Source: Octopus vulgaris (lineage: Eukaryota). Taken from it: 64,000 bases of DNA. The notes under the pieces were generated by a model. The model had not been told where the DNA came from. It saw only the letters and a list, made by a program, of their open reading frames with translations, and searched no databases. The position numbers were made by a program, and so were the translations under genes. This document shows positions 38,700-53,957 of the stretch, one piece after another. Where the stretch lies: positions 113,274,001 through 113,338,000 of the forward strand of contig OX597821.1 in the NCBI GenBank assembly GCA_951406725.2. Direction: 5' to 3'. The stretch's first letter is position 1, and the number at the start of each line of letters is the position of its first letter.

Positions 38700-38731
<32 letters not shown>

Positions 38732-38869
38732 AGGTGGATGTATGGATTAATGGATGGTCAGTGGCGTGGTTCCGTTTAGGTTCTCTTGGGAGGATGAGAT
38801 AAGGATCAGATTATTGAGTAGATGTGAGTTAGCTTCTACAGGTTGTGCGTAAACTTATCGAACACATGG

Positions 38870-39718
<849 letters not shown>

Positions 39719-40334
39719 CAAAGTCGACTTCGGCGGAATTTGAACTCACAACGTAACAGCAGACGAAATACCGCTAAGCATTTCGCCCGACGTGCTAACG
39801 TTTCTGAAAACTATAATCTTAGATCGAGCAGGTTTAAGTCTAGCTGTAGAGAAATCAGCCCGGGGACCAATAGCAGAGAACTAGAATATGTAAAGTTAGA
39901 AACATTGTCCCATTCTATTGAAAGTGGCATCCCAGATGGACAGATCCACTGAGGTTTTTCTTGTCTTGACTGTTTGGCATAGAAACTAGTGAAGCTAGTG
40001 ATTTCGAATAGTAGTAAGCTGTACTGGTTTGCCTCAGCAGCAGCCAAAGCGAGGAGATCCTAGCGGCAGAACGGTCGGTCGGGCAGGCGTGCGGCCGTAA
40101 ATACATAGAATGAACAGAGTTTCGTACAGCAGGAGAAACTCTGTGAAAATATAAACAAGAGCTGAACTGGATGTTGCAAAGATGTTTGGGTTTTTAACAG
40201 AAGAATGAAAGGGTGGACGAAAGCAGAAAAGACGAAGACGATCGGTTGAGAGTGCAGAGATGAGGCTGAAGTGTAATGCTGGTCGTCCTATGAAAGAATA
40301 ACAGCCGAAGTATTCGTTTTAAAGAGGTGGGTAC

Positions 40335-40390
<56 letters not shown>

Positions 40391-40620
40391 TACATATATA
40401 CATACACACACACATACACTCACTTACACATACACACTCACTCACATGTATATATATATATATATATATATATACATACATACATACATACACAAATATA
40501 TATATATATATGTGTATATACATAGTTTGTTCCCTTATAGGTATGATCAACAACAACAACAAAAAAACTATTCCGTCCAGTATGAGATAAATATTGAAAC
40601 TCTGTCAGTGTGTGTGTTTG

Positions 40621-40740
<120 letters not shown>

Positions 40741-40850
40741 AATAAACATATGTAACCTGGATTTTATCGATTTCCTTCCCTAAATGTGTATGTATGTATA
40801 TATGTATGTATATGTATGTATGTATATATATACATTTATATACGTATGTG

Positions 40851-40885
<35 letters not shown>

Positions 40886-40905
40886 AAATGTTTGGAGATG
40901 ATTTC

Positions 40906-40941
<36 letters not shown>

Positions 40942-41326
40942 TATATACACACACACATTTATGTATATACATGTATACATACATACAATATGTTCATATA
41001 TACATACATAAACATGCGTACGCGCACATACAAACACGCGCACAGCGGGAGAGATAGAGGGAGAAAAACAGACAGAGAGAGAGAGAGATGTAAGACTGAT
41101 TGCCTCATACATGCATGCGTGTATGTATTCTTTTATTATTTTATTCTTTTATTCTTTAATTCTTTAATTCTTTAATTCTTTACATGGTTTCAGTCGCAGG
41201 ACTTCGGCCATGCTGGAGCACCGACCTAAATGTGTTTGTTTTTGGGTTTTTTTTTTGTTAGTTTTGTTGTCGCTTTATGATTGAAAGTTGATCGACGTTC
41301 GAGTTTGTAGTTTTGCTGATCTCTGA

Positions 41327-41478
41327 ATGAATATATGTATGTATATACGTATGTATGTTTGTATATGTATGTGTGTACGTCTGTATGTATATATGTATGT
41401 ACGTCTGTATGTATGTATATGTATGTATGTTTGTATGTATGTATGCGTATGCATGCATGTATGTGTGTATGTATGTAC

Positions 41479-41512
<34 letters not shown>

Positions 41513-41592
41513 ATGTATGTATGTATGTATGTATATGTATGTGCGTACGTCTGTATGTATATATGTATATACGTATGTATGTATGTGTATAC

Positions 41593-41625
<33 letters not shown>

Positions 41626-42105
41626 TGTATGTATGTATGTATGTATGTATGTACGTCTGTATGTATGTATGTATATACGTATGTATGTATGTGTATACAT
41701 ATATGTATACATGTATGTATGTATGTATGTATGTATGTATGTATGTATGTACGTCTGTATGTACGTCTGTATGTATGTATATATGTATGTATTATGTATA
41801 TATTATGTATGTATATGCATGTGTGTACGTGTGTATGTATATATGTTTGTATGTATGTATGTATTATGTATGTATATGTATGTGTGTGTATGTGTGTATG
41901 TATATATCTTTTTATGTGTGTATATATAGGTACGTGTCTAAGTGCGCTTATGTATGTATATATGTATATTTGTGTATTATGTGTACATATATATGTGTGT
42001 GTGTGCACGTGTATAGATAAATGTATATATGAATATATGCATGTGTAGATGTATGTATGTATGTACGTGTGTATGTATACGTGTGTGTGTGTGTATGTGT
42101 GTGTG
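41327..42105. repeat. Degenerate (TATG)n block
   Basis: Direct reading. Confidence 0.9.
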
Positions 42106-42409
42106 TCTGTGTTTATCCCCCCACGGTCGCTTGACAACCAGTGTTGGCTGTGTTTACGTCCCCGCAACTTAGCGGTTCGGGCCAGAGTGACCAATAGAAT
42201 ATGTACAAGGCTTACACAGAATTAGTCTTGGGGTCGATTTCTGCAAATATAAAGAAACTCCTTAAAGGATTTGCTACAGCATGGTCGCAGTTAAATGCCT
42301 GAAGCAAGTAACAAAATAACAAAATACATGTATGTATGTGTGCGTGTGTGAATGTATATGCGTGTAATTGAAAAGAGTATATAAGCAGAAAAGTAAAATA
42401 CGTTTTGAT

Positions 42410-42988
42410 ATCCTTTCTACTAAAAACACAAAACCCGAAATTTGTGGGGCGGGCAGTGGGGATAAGCGATTACATCTATCCCAGTGTCTCACTGGTACTT
42501 AATTTATCGACCCCGAAAGAATGAAAGGCAAAGCCGACCTCTGCGGAATTTGAACTCAGAACGTAAAGACAGACGAAATACCTATTTCTTTACTACCCAC
42601 AAAAGGGTTAAACACAGAGAGGACAAACAAGGACAGACAAACGGATTAAGTCGATTATATCGACCCCAGTGCGTAACTGGTACTTAATTTATCGACCCCG
42701 AAAGGATGAAAGGCAAAGTCGACCTCTGCGGAATTTGAACTCAGAACGTAAAGACAGACGAAATACCCATTTCTTTACTACCCACAAGGGGATAAACAGA
42801 GGGGACAAACAAGGACAGACAAACGGATCAAGTCGATTACATCGTAACTGGTACTTAATTCATCGACCCCGAAAGGATGAAAGGCAAAGTCGACCTCGGC
42901 GGAATTTGAACTTAGAACGTAGCGGCAGACGAAATACGGCTACGCATTTCGCCCGGCGTGCTAACGACTCTGCCATCTCGCCGCCTTT
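42410..42988 (-). mobile_element. SINE family A with three tandem body modules
   Basis: ACTGGTACTTAATT.ATCGACCCCGAAAG at ~42491, 42676, 42847; a single head at 42930-42988. Confidence 0.88.
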
Positions 42989-43067
42989 ATGTCTGTTTTA
43001 ATACGATTGCAGTTTAGCATAAGTGTCACGATATTCATTAATACGTTCACGTACGCACTTACGGATA

Positions 43068-43121
<54 letters not shown>

Positions 43122-43608
43122 CGCCTGTATATGTGTAATGTGAATATGTATATATAAGTACCCTGACATTGTGTGTTTCTGTATATGCATTCCTTTGTAC
43201 TTATAAAAGTTTACTTATAAAAGTACAAATACATACGAATACAAGCACCAACTCAACACACACACACACACACGTATATTTTTGTACTTCTTTCAGTCAT
43301 TTGACTGCGGCCCTGCAGTCAAATACACATACACAACACACATACGAAGGGCTTCTTTCAGTTTCCATCTACCAAATTCACTCACAAGGCTTTGATTAGC
43401 ACGAGGGTTAAACTAGAAGACACATGCTCTAGGTGCCACGCAATGGGACTGAACCTGGAACCACGTGGCTTGGAACCAAACTTCTTACCAAACAATGTAG
43501 ACATACATACATACATACATACATACATGCATACATACATGCATACATGTATATAATATACATATAAATATGAACAATTATATGAACATACATATGTCTG
43601 TGTCTTGT

Positions 43609-43668
<60 letters not shown>

Positions 43669-44004
43669 ACATGCAGACATGTAGAAAAAGAAAGAGTGGG
43701 ACAGAGTGTATATTGTGTGTGCGTCCGTCAGTTTGTGTGCGTCAATAGGCGATGGATGTAATGTGTGAGTGAAGGGGTGGGAGCGGGGGTATATTCCCCT
43801 GAGCTTGGTAGCAAGTGTTTATCGGTTGCAAGGAAGTTTGTATTAAGTAGGATCCGGTGTGTGTGTGTGTGTGTAGGGGGGAGGTGAGTTGAGTCGTGTT
43901 GGATGGGTGAGTGTCGCGTTATCGCATTGAAAACAAACGCAGAAATACGAATACACACACATGCGCACATAAACGTATCACATACATAATATATATACAT
44001 GTAA

Positions 44005-44385
44005 GCCTTGAAATTCTACTCTCTCCAGCGCCGCCGCGTGCCGTACATCATTTGTACGATGTGGAGAATATCCCGCCAGCATTGTCCAAACGACCTGAAC
44101 TTTAGTTTCAAGGTTCATCCAAGGCTTGGAGGGACCACGGGCCATACGTCCCCTGCCCAATTCAGGATCACAGCATATAGGTACACTGCAACGTAATTTC
44201 GTTTCCTCAACAGGCCCTGCCCTGTTTAACGTTGTCCCGAAAGAGATCAAAGAGGAAAAGGATCCCATCACCTTTAAACGGAGTCTGGACAGATTTCTTC
44301 AAGTAATACCGGACAAGCCACCCATACCCGGATACAACTCACTCAACAAGAACTCACTACTTGAATGGACCATAAACAAAACTTG
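44005..44385 (+). mobile_element. CR1-like LINE 3' fragment
   Basis: LKFYSLQRRR..YIIC.MW /frameshift/ GPALFNVVPKEIK....ITFKRSLDRFLQVIPDKPPIPGY...NSL. Confidence 0.75.
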
Positions 44386-44503
44386 ACTTATTCTTTGTAA
44401 GTTTAGTACTTATTCTATCGGTATCTTCTGTCGAACCGCTAAGTTACGGGGACGTAAGCACACCACCATCGGTTGTCAAGCGATGTTGGGGAGACAAACA
44501 CAG

Positions 44504-44538
<35 letters not shown>

Positions 44539-44705
44539 CATATATACGATGGGCTTCTATCAGTTTCCGTCTACCAAATCCAATCACAAGTCTTTGGTCG
44601 GCACGAGGCTATAGTAGAAGACACTTGCCCAAGGTGCCACGCAGTAGAACTGAACCCGGAACCATGTGGTTGGTAAGCAAGCTACTTACCACACAGCCAC
44701 TCCAT
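44386..44705 (-). mobile_element. SINE family B
   Basis: Ends CTACTTACCACACAGCCACTCC, the reverse complement of the head. Confidence 0.85.
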
Positions 44706-44769
44706 ATATAGTGGAATACTAAAGAGAAAGTTCTTGGTTCAGTATTATATATATTTCAAATATATATAC

Positions 44770-44875
<106 letters not shown>

Positions 44876-45086
44876 ATATATATATTTCGTTTTTGGATTT
44901 TTTTGCAAGATTCTTTTTGTGAGTTCGTGTATTGAAGCATATTTTGTTATATCTGGGGAGAGTCACTCTTTTTTAGTGCCTTATAATTTAACACAATCAC
45001 CGGTAAAATTTCCATTTCTTTCTTCTTTTTTTTCCCCAAAATATGTACACATATATATATATATGAAGGAAGGAAAAGCAGTTAGG

Positions 45087-45208
45087 TCAGAATTTTGGAT
45101 AATTGTTTACTTAGCGCTTTTGTTTCGTTCGAGTGATTTCCTGGGAATTCCTGATGAATCTTTGAAACGAGACGAAAACGTTAAATAAATAATTATCCAA
45201 AATTCTGA
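45087..45208 (+). mobile_element. Penelope-like inverted terminal fragment with degenerate hammerhead motif
   Basis: 45087-45130 is an imperfect reverse complement of 45164-45208; CTGATGA (45151)-ATCTTTGAAACGAGAC-GAAAACGTT. Confidence 0.55.
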
Positions 45209-45509
45209 ACCCCATCCTTTTTCTTAATATATAAAATCTGTACGCGACTTCAAACAATTTATACATACGTACACACACACATACATATATACATACATAC
45301 ATGAATACACACATACACACATATATATACATACATATATGAGTGCGTATGCGTATGTGCGTATTTGTATATATTTATTTGTTCAGAGACAGACAGACAG
45401 ACAGACAGACAGAAAGATAGATGGATAACTAGATATATATCTTCCCACGCGCACTTCGCCACACCCACTCACACATTTATGTATACAGTTATGTGTGTGT
45501 GTGTGTCTA

Positions 45510-45557
<48 letters not shown>

Positions 45558-45558
<1 letters not shown>

Positions 45559-46748
45559 TAGCATTAAAGACCCGTCGTTGCCGGGTCATAGTGCTAGTGC
45601 ATGCATATATGAGTATATATATGTGTACATATTACATGTACATCTATATATATATACATCTACACGTAAAATACAAAATATAAAGTTATATCTTGATATC
45701 GCTAGTGATAACAATAGTCAAAATATATAACAGACTGGAATTGTTAGCCCGTCCCTTGCAATTTCGATCAATTGTATCTTGTCCTCCCTCTTGTATAGAA
45801 GTGTGGCTACAATCCAGCCTACCTCTACTTCGGGGGGGATGGGCATTTAAAATTTTTTCCGGTACGTCCTATCTCCCAGATATAAAGGTAAAAATAAAAT
45901 ATTTCCCCTTTGCAAGTTCGAGTCGAGTACTCCCTTGCACGCTCCGTTGACTCGAACCTTGCTTCTATTGTGGCGAATTTACCGCCTCTGATTAGATACC
46001 TTTCATAGTCGCACCAAGACACTTTTCGAAGGTGCTTTCCTCCATGTGTTCAAATCTTTTTTCTCTACATTGTATACTTTATAGACAATAGTCTTTTCTT
46101 TAATTTAATTTTTTATTATCCATCTGGACTATTCCATTTCTGCACGCTAATTTTATTTTTAATTTATTCCCATTCATGTGAAACCACTTATTCAAGTTCA
46201 AATTATTGATGCAATTTTATACCAATTGCTATTTTTACTTTTGTTATGTTACGATTATATTATACTTTAGTTTGATTTTAATTATTACTTACTACATATA
46301 ATTCAATTGTTATTATTATTTTTATTGTTAAAGTGAAAGTATCTGACATAAAATAGAGAAATATTTTTGTTTCACTTTTAACACGTAATACTGAAATAGT
46401 GGAGAAGATATGATATTGCTATGGGCTCGCTCTAGGCAAGAAGTTGATCATTTTTTTGCCCATGAAACTACATGGACCCTAAGTAAGGCATGTGTAAAAT
46501 TTGAATGGAATTAGTTGTGTAGTTCTCAAGTTTTAGGGAATCGTAGTGGAGAAGATATGATATTGCTGTGGGCTCGCCCTAGGCAAAAACTTAAATTTTT
46601 TTGCCGATGACACTCCCCGGACCCTAAGTAAGGCATGTGTAAAATTTGAATGAAATTGGTTGTGTAGTTCTCAAGTTTTAGGGAAACACACAGATAGACA
46701 GACACACAGACATACAGACACACATTCTCAGTTTTATATATATAAAGA
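45558..46748 (-). mobile_element. Non-autonomous Helitron
   Basis: Minus strand 5' TCTTTATATATATAAAACTGAGAATG, 3' hairpin GACCCGGCAACGACGGGTC then CTAG|T; internal ~140-bp tandem duplication 46398-46685. Confidence 0.85.
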
Positions 46749-46759
46749 TATATATATAT

Positions 46760-47180
46760 ATATATAACTGAGAATGTGTGTCTGTCTGTGTGAATCCCTA
46801 AAACTTGAGAACTACACAACCAGTTTCATTCAAATTTTGCACATGCCTTACTTAGGGTTCATGTAGTGTCATGGGCAAAAAATCTTTTTAACTTTTTGCC
46901 TAGGGCGAGCCCACAGCAATATCATATCTTCTCCACTATTTCAGTATTACGTGTTAAAAGTGAAACAAAAACATCTCTATTGTAATGCCACATGCTTTCA
47001 CTTTAATACTGAAACTATTAAAGTCAAACTATTATATAAGAGGAATGAACCATTAACAGTGGACATCCATTTTGCTAGAAGATCCGCTATGGTCTTATAT
47101 GCTACACCACTGGTTTTCAATTCATATTAATGAAATTAATATTCAATTTCTAACCCTTATTATTTTAAATTTAAATTTAA
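46760..47180 (+). mobile_element. Helitron of the same family, head-to-head with the previous one, truncated
   Basis: AACTGAGAATGTGTGTCTG...CCCTAAAACTTGAGAACTACACAACC is the reverse complement of 46330-46735. Confidence 0.75.
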
Positions 47181-47256
47181 ACCCAGGACCATGTGTTTTG
47201 GAACGAAGTTTGTTACCACACAGCCAAATCTGCACCTATGTATATGTGTGTGTGTC

Positions 47257-47288
<32 letters not shown>

Positions 47289-47831
47289 TATAGCTGTATA
47301 TGTATACATTTATTTCTATACATATAGATGTATATGTATACATCTATATGTGTAGATGTATATATATATAGATGTACATGTAATATGTACACATATATAT
47401 ATTCAAATATATACATGCATACATATATACACCCATACACACATACACACACACATATACATAGGTGCAGGTGTGGCTGTGTGGTAACAAACTTCGTTCC
47501 AAAACACGTGGTCCTGGGTTCAGTCCCACTGTGTGGTGACTTGGCATGTGTCTTCTGCTATAGCCTCAGACCAACCAAAGCCTTGTCAGTGGATTTTGTA
47601 GACAGAAACTGAAAGAAATCAATCGTATATATATGTATGTATATATGTAAGTCTATATGTGTGTCTTTGTGCTTCTCCTTCATTACTGCCTCACAACTGG
47701 TGTTCGTTTATTTACATCCCCATAACTTACTGGTTTCACAAGAAGAAACTGATAGAATAATTACCAGGCTTATCAAAATTAAAAAAACACTAGGCAGTAT
47801 CTCATATTTTTGTTTGCCCACACAATTTATC

Positions 47832-47920
<89 letters not shown>

Positions 47921-48205
47921 ATACATACATATATAATATATGGATTTCGTAGACAGAAACTTAAAGAAATCAATCGTATATATATGTATGTATATATTTA
48001 AGTATATGTGTGTGACTTTGTTTCTGTGTTTCATCCTCAACACTGCTTCACAACTGCTGTTCGTTTATTTACATCCCCATAACTTACTGGTTTCACAAGA
48101 AGAAACTAATACAATAAGTACCAGGCTTATCAACATAAAAAAGCACTACGCTGTGTCTCGTATTTTTGTTTGCCCACTCAGTTGTATCTATCAATTTATC
48201 TTTGT
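47180..48205. mobile_element. SINE B variant with inverted head duplication and tandem tail duplication
   Basis: 47180-47250 is the reverse complement of 47452-47520; 47590-47835 is repeated at 47941-48205. Confidence 0.75.
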
Positions 48206-48237
48206 GTGTGTGTATATATATATATATAATACACGCG

Positions 48238-48309
<72 letters not shown>

Positions 48310-48334
48310 CATGTATGTATATATGTACATTCAT

Positions 48335-49706
48335 ATTTATTATATCAAAGACAATGTCTTTATGTGTTGGTGTATTACTTATACATTCGAAAACTGCTGC
48401 ACTGATCATAATGAAATTTGGAACACAAAATCGAAGCCCAGGGAGAAGGGTAATGCTGTGTGTTTCATACAATTTCATGGACCAAAATTACTGAATAGAT
48501 CCTTATGATATTTGAAACTTAGATTCAATGCACAAGGACGGGTATAATGCAATATATTTGGTTTGAATTTCAGATGGCTTAAAGGGGGCAGAACCCCCCC
48601 TGAAAATTCATAAATTTTCGATGTTGATGAAATTCAACAATGGGTAATTGACACACATCAAGAAGTATTCTCAAAGTTTCCACTTCACATGAGGATTCTA
48701 AGACACCCTAATGGGGGGGGGGCTTAACTCCCAAATTTTAGTAATTTCTTTTATGATCCAAAATTAAGTCAAAAGTACTGAATGGATCTTTACGAAATTT
48801 GGAAATTATATTCTATGCATAAGGGCCATAACCCCATGACAATTCATATATTTTTGCTGATTCAGTTGCAAAGTGTTGAGTAAAGTTATTTGATTGCAGA
48901 TCTCCTTTCAGTCTTTTTATTATCACTGGGTCACACATAGTCCCCAGATGGTAACATTAATTTCAAGGCCTTCCCAGATGAGTGACTGGTTATTCAAAGA
49001 CATTTATAGATTGTATATTTATTCTGTCCAGTTACGTATCAGTATAGTGGTCATTTGCAAACTCCAACTTTCATTTCTCCTTAGCCCTCACGTCACACAG
49101 TTGTTAATGTTTATTTCAATTGGGTCACGCCCTTCCAATTGCTATAGATTCGTAATGCATCTTACGGCTGTGCCTGTCACCTGGATAATGAGGAATACTA
49201 CATTGGGAGTGGTAACGACTAGGGTAGGGTAGCTGACAGCTTATTGTGATCATTCGTCTTTTGGTTTCCTGTAGCTTTGCTCTCTTTTACAAACCCAGTG
49301 AACATATATTTCCAATTTCAAAGAAATTCAAACAATAGTTATAAGACCCAAGTTTAAAAAATTCTCAACAATTCAACTTCTCTGGTTGACATTAAGATGC
49401 CCACCACCAATAGGGGCGTTAACTCTCACATTTTAGAGCTCCATGACCTCCATTCTTCAGGAGCAAAATCCTTTTAACAGGTTCTATAAGACTGGAATTT
49501 TGGAATATGCGCATAAAAATCAGCAGTATGGGATAGATGTGGCACTATTACAATTTTGTTTGGGTGTGTAAAGAGGGAAATAACCCTCATCTGCAATTTT
49601 GATGAAATTCGAAACATAGGTATTCCAGTTCATTACAGGAGATATAACAAAAAGGTCTAATTCTTCAATTGTATGTAACTCGGGCAACGCCGGGTATCTC
49701 TGCTAG
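48335..49706 (+). mobile_element. Non-autonomous Helitron, different family
   Basis: 3' CTCGGGCAACGCCGGGTATCTCTGCTAG|T; repeated GAAATTTGGAA motifs; 5' end approximate. Confidence 0.65.
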
Positions 49707-49782
<76 letters not shown>

Positions 49783-49913
49783 GTATATATATAAGTATAT
49801 ATATATACACATATATATATGTATATATATATACATATATATTTACATATATATATATTTGTGTGTGTATCTGTATATATATACTCACAAAAACGCACAC
49901 ACACATACTACAC

Positions 49914-49962
<49 letters not shown>

Positions 49963-50507
49963 TGTGTGTCTGTGTGTCTGTGTGTGTGTTTCGGCTGAAT
50001 CAGTCATCTGTTGCCGTGGAATTTTCCCGGGTGAGCAGTTTATCAAACAGCCTCTTGAATCGTTCAGCTGTTACAATTCAGGAGATTTCCCGAGCGACCA
50101 TCTCTTTTTTTTTTTTATCAAATAAGTTCGTTGATTGCGTCTCAGGCTCTGGGTTAACCTCTGCAGGAAACTAGACAGAAATACTTCAGTTATGAAACTG
50201 CCAAAATAACTATTAAAATTAAACTAGAGGTGGTGATAATGATGATGATGATGATGATGACGACGACTACGGTGGTGTTGGTGGTGGTGGTGGTGGTGTT
50301 TGAAGACGACGACGACGACGATGATGATGATGATGGTGGTGATGATGATGGTGATGAGGATGACGGTGGTGATGATGATGATGGTGATTTCTTTTATTTG
50401 CAACCAAGTCGAAGGATGAGAAGGGCAATACACAGACAAACATAAAGTGTCGGGGTTTACGTACGATGAAATGATAATGAAATTATATATATCAGCCTCT
50501 GTGTGTG

Positions 50508-50573
<66 letters not shown>

Positions 50574-50669
50574 ATCCAAACATGAAAACACAAAGAGGAA
50601 ACACAACTTGCGAGGACGTGGAACAAGTATAGTGTTATTGGACGCTCAGGAAAGGAAAGAAAGAAGGAG

Positions 50670-50710
50670 GATTTAATGTTTCGAGCGGAGCTCTTCGTCA
50701 GAAAACATAG
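50670..50710 (-). ncRNA. Penelope-type hammerhead ribozyme motif
   Basis: Minus strand TGTTTT-CTGACGA-a-GAGC-TCC-GCTC-GAAA-CATT-AAAT: core and perfect 4-bp stem II; stem III mutated (ACAT); within an element 50570-50760 flanked by (TA)n. Confidence 0.6.
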
Positions 50711-50755
50711 AAAAAGGAAAGGTCCAAGGAAGAGAAGACGGAAAAAGAAAATAGC

Positions 50756-50799
<44 letters not shown>

Positions 50800-50800
<1 letters not shown>

Positions 50801-51540
50801 TAGCATTAAAGACCCGTCGTTGCCGGGTCATAGTGCTAGTGCATGTATATATGTGTATATAAATGTGTACATATTACATGTACATCTATATATATACATC
50901 TACACATAAAATGCAAAATACAAAGTTATATCTTGATATCGCTAGTGATAACAATACTCAAAATATATAACAGACTGGGATTGTTAGCTCTTCTTTTTTC
51001 TCTATATTGTATACTTTATGGACAATAGTCTTTTCTTTAATTTAATTTTTTATTATCCATCTGGACTATTCCATTTCTGCACGCTAATTTTATTTTTAAT
51101 TTATTCCCATTCATGTGAAACCACTTATTCAAGTTCAAATCATTGATGCAATTTTATACCAATTGCTATTTTTACTTTTGTTATGTTACGATTATATTAT
51201 ACTTTAGTTTGATTTTAATTATTACTTACTACATATAATTCAATTGTTATTATTATCTTTATTGTTAAAGTGAAAGTATCTGACATAAAATAGAGAAACG
51301 TTTTTGTTTCACTTTTAACACGTAATACTGAAATAGTGGAGAAGATATGATATTGTTATGGGCTCGCTCTAGGCAAGAAGTTGAACATTTTTTTTTTTGC
51401 CCATGAAACTACATGGACCCTAAGTAAGGCATGTGTAAAATTTGAATGAAATTGGTTGTGTAGTTCTCAAGTTTTAGGGAAACACACAGACAGACAGTCA
51501 GACAGACAGACACACATTCTCAGTTTTATATATATAAAGA
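50800..51540 (-). mobile_element. Non-autonomous Helitron, shorter sister of 45558-46748
   Basis: Near-identical ends; lacks ~45750-46055 and the internal tandem duplication. Confidence 0.85.
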
Positions 51541-52807
51541 TATATATATACTGTTGTGTCTGGGGAGAGTCATTTTCTTTTTGTGCTTTATAATTTAAAA
51601 GAATCACCGGTAAAATTTCCACTTATTTCTCATTTTTATTTTCCTAAAATTTTCGTTGCATCTTGCAACCTATTCAATAGCCTTGACTCTGTCCGTTATT
51701 TACACTGCGTTCCCTTTTTGTTTGTGTCGCAAAGCCTTATGAGTAGATCTGGTTGACAGAAACTGATAGAGGTCCGTCGTATATATATATATATGAGCGT
51801 ATGCCCATGTGTAAGTGTGCGTGTCTGTGTGTGTGTCTGTGTGTGTGCGTGTGTCTGTGTGTGCAAGTGTCCGTGCATGCAGTGTGTGTGTCTGTGTGTA
51901 AGTGTGCGTGCGTGCACGTGTGTGTATGTAAGTATGCGTGCGTGCATGTGTGTGTGTGTGCGAGTGTGCGTGCATGCGTGTTTGTCTGTATGTATGTGTG
52001 CGAGCGTGCATGTGTGTGTGCGTGTTTGTGTGTGTAAGTTAATATAAAATTAAAATTAAGGTTTAGACAGGAGACAGTAAGATGCAGTATCCTGGACCTT
52101 GCTTCGATTAAGTCCCGTGTAGTGTGCCTGCAGAGTACGTTCGTCTCTTATGGCTACCAGGCGTCGTCCGCATTTCTGCACTTTCGTCGCTGGATCTACG
52201 TAAGGAATTCCTAGGTGCACGTTGGATATATTCTAAATGGTTGATACGAAAAACGGAGCGTAACTAGAAGCTTTGTTTAGCACAACAATCGTTTCGGTTG
52301 CCTTCTGCACTGCATTCTAGTGGGTGGAGAACGATGTAATAACATCAGATGCATCGCGCAGTGCAAAGGAACTTCATCAGGTGGCGTAATACGGTTCAAA
52401 AGTTATAAGATTTACATTTCGCTCCAAACTTGATGATGGTGGTATTATGGTTGGTGAAATACTAGCCCTCAACTCCCTGTTGGAAGCGTAAGGGCAACGT
52501 CGAAGTATGCAAGTCGATAGTTAAATTTTTAAGGTTGTTATTTAGTCCCAGGTCACTCTAACAAAATGTATTCCAGCCGTCACCACCTCATCAGAAGTGG
52601 TATATCTAGGACTATATTATCCCGTGTGTCCCTTCTCTTTTAAGATAGCTGGAGAAGGGAAGAGAGAGGCTATTTAAGGAAGACTTGGCTACTGGTGCAA
52701 TCAAGACTAGCTCGACTTCATAGAAATTTACCGTGTCTTGAAGGTCTATAGATAGGTAAGGATGAGTTTGTGTACGTGCTTCCGCGCGTGTGTTTGTGTG
52801 TGTGTTT

Positions 52808-52853
<46 letters not shown>

Positions 52854-53102
52854 GTTTGTAGGTGTCATATACATATATATGTATAGACACACACACACAC
52901 ACACACATTCTTTCATCAGTTGGGGACCGAAGTTCAGCAATTACGCATGTATGAACAAATAAATGTGTGCATGTGTGTGTGTGTGTGTGTGTGCGTGCGC
53001 GTGTATGTATGTGTGCGTGTGTGTGTGTGCGTGTGTGTGTGCGTGTGTGTGTATATGCGTGTGCGTGTGTGTGTGTCTGTGTGACAGAAAGCGATAGATA
53101 GA

Positions 53103-53198
<96 letters not shown>

Positions 53199-53209
53199 CA
53201 GACAGACAC

Positions 53210-53248
<39 letters not shown>

Positions 53249-53264
53249 AACAGACAGACAGAAT

Positions 53265-53299
<35 letters not shown>

Positions 53300-53409
53300 T
53301 AACTAGACTGCTAGATGGATCGAAGGATGGATGGAGAACGACAGAAAGAGGGGGAAAGACAGACAGACAGACAGACAGCCAAACAGACAGACAGCCAAGC
53401 AGACAGACA

Positions 53410-53455
<46 letters not shown>

Positions 53456-53744
53456 CATACAATGAATTTAAAGGACTTCTACTTATTTTTCTCCGCTCTT
53501 ATCAGTAAAGAATCGCTGCCCTTCTACGAGAAGTGAAGCATCAGTTGCCAATATTTACGATGTCCCAGCCGTGTCTGTGAATGGCTTTGGCACCGGGCAC
53601 TCTGGTTATTTGGCTTTCGGGTCGTGTTTATTAAATCGTTTTTAGTTACAGGAATGACTGAAAGGAGCCGACCTACTTTCTATCGCCAGTTGCCATTTGA
53701 AACGGACGATATTTCGGCTCCTTTCTCTCTCTCTCTCACTCTCT

Positions 53745-53802
<58 letters not shown>

Positions 53803-53916
53803 TCCCTCTTTTATTCAATTTCCACCCTTTCTTGTATGGAACACATACACATACATACATACATACATACACACATATTCTTTCCATCATCCACACACTC
53901 TCACACTGTCTCTTTC

Positions 53917-53957
<41 letters not shown>

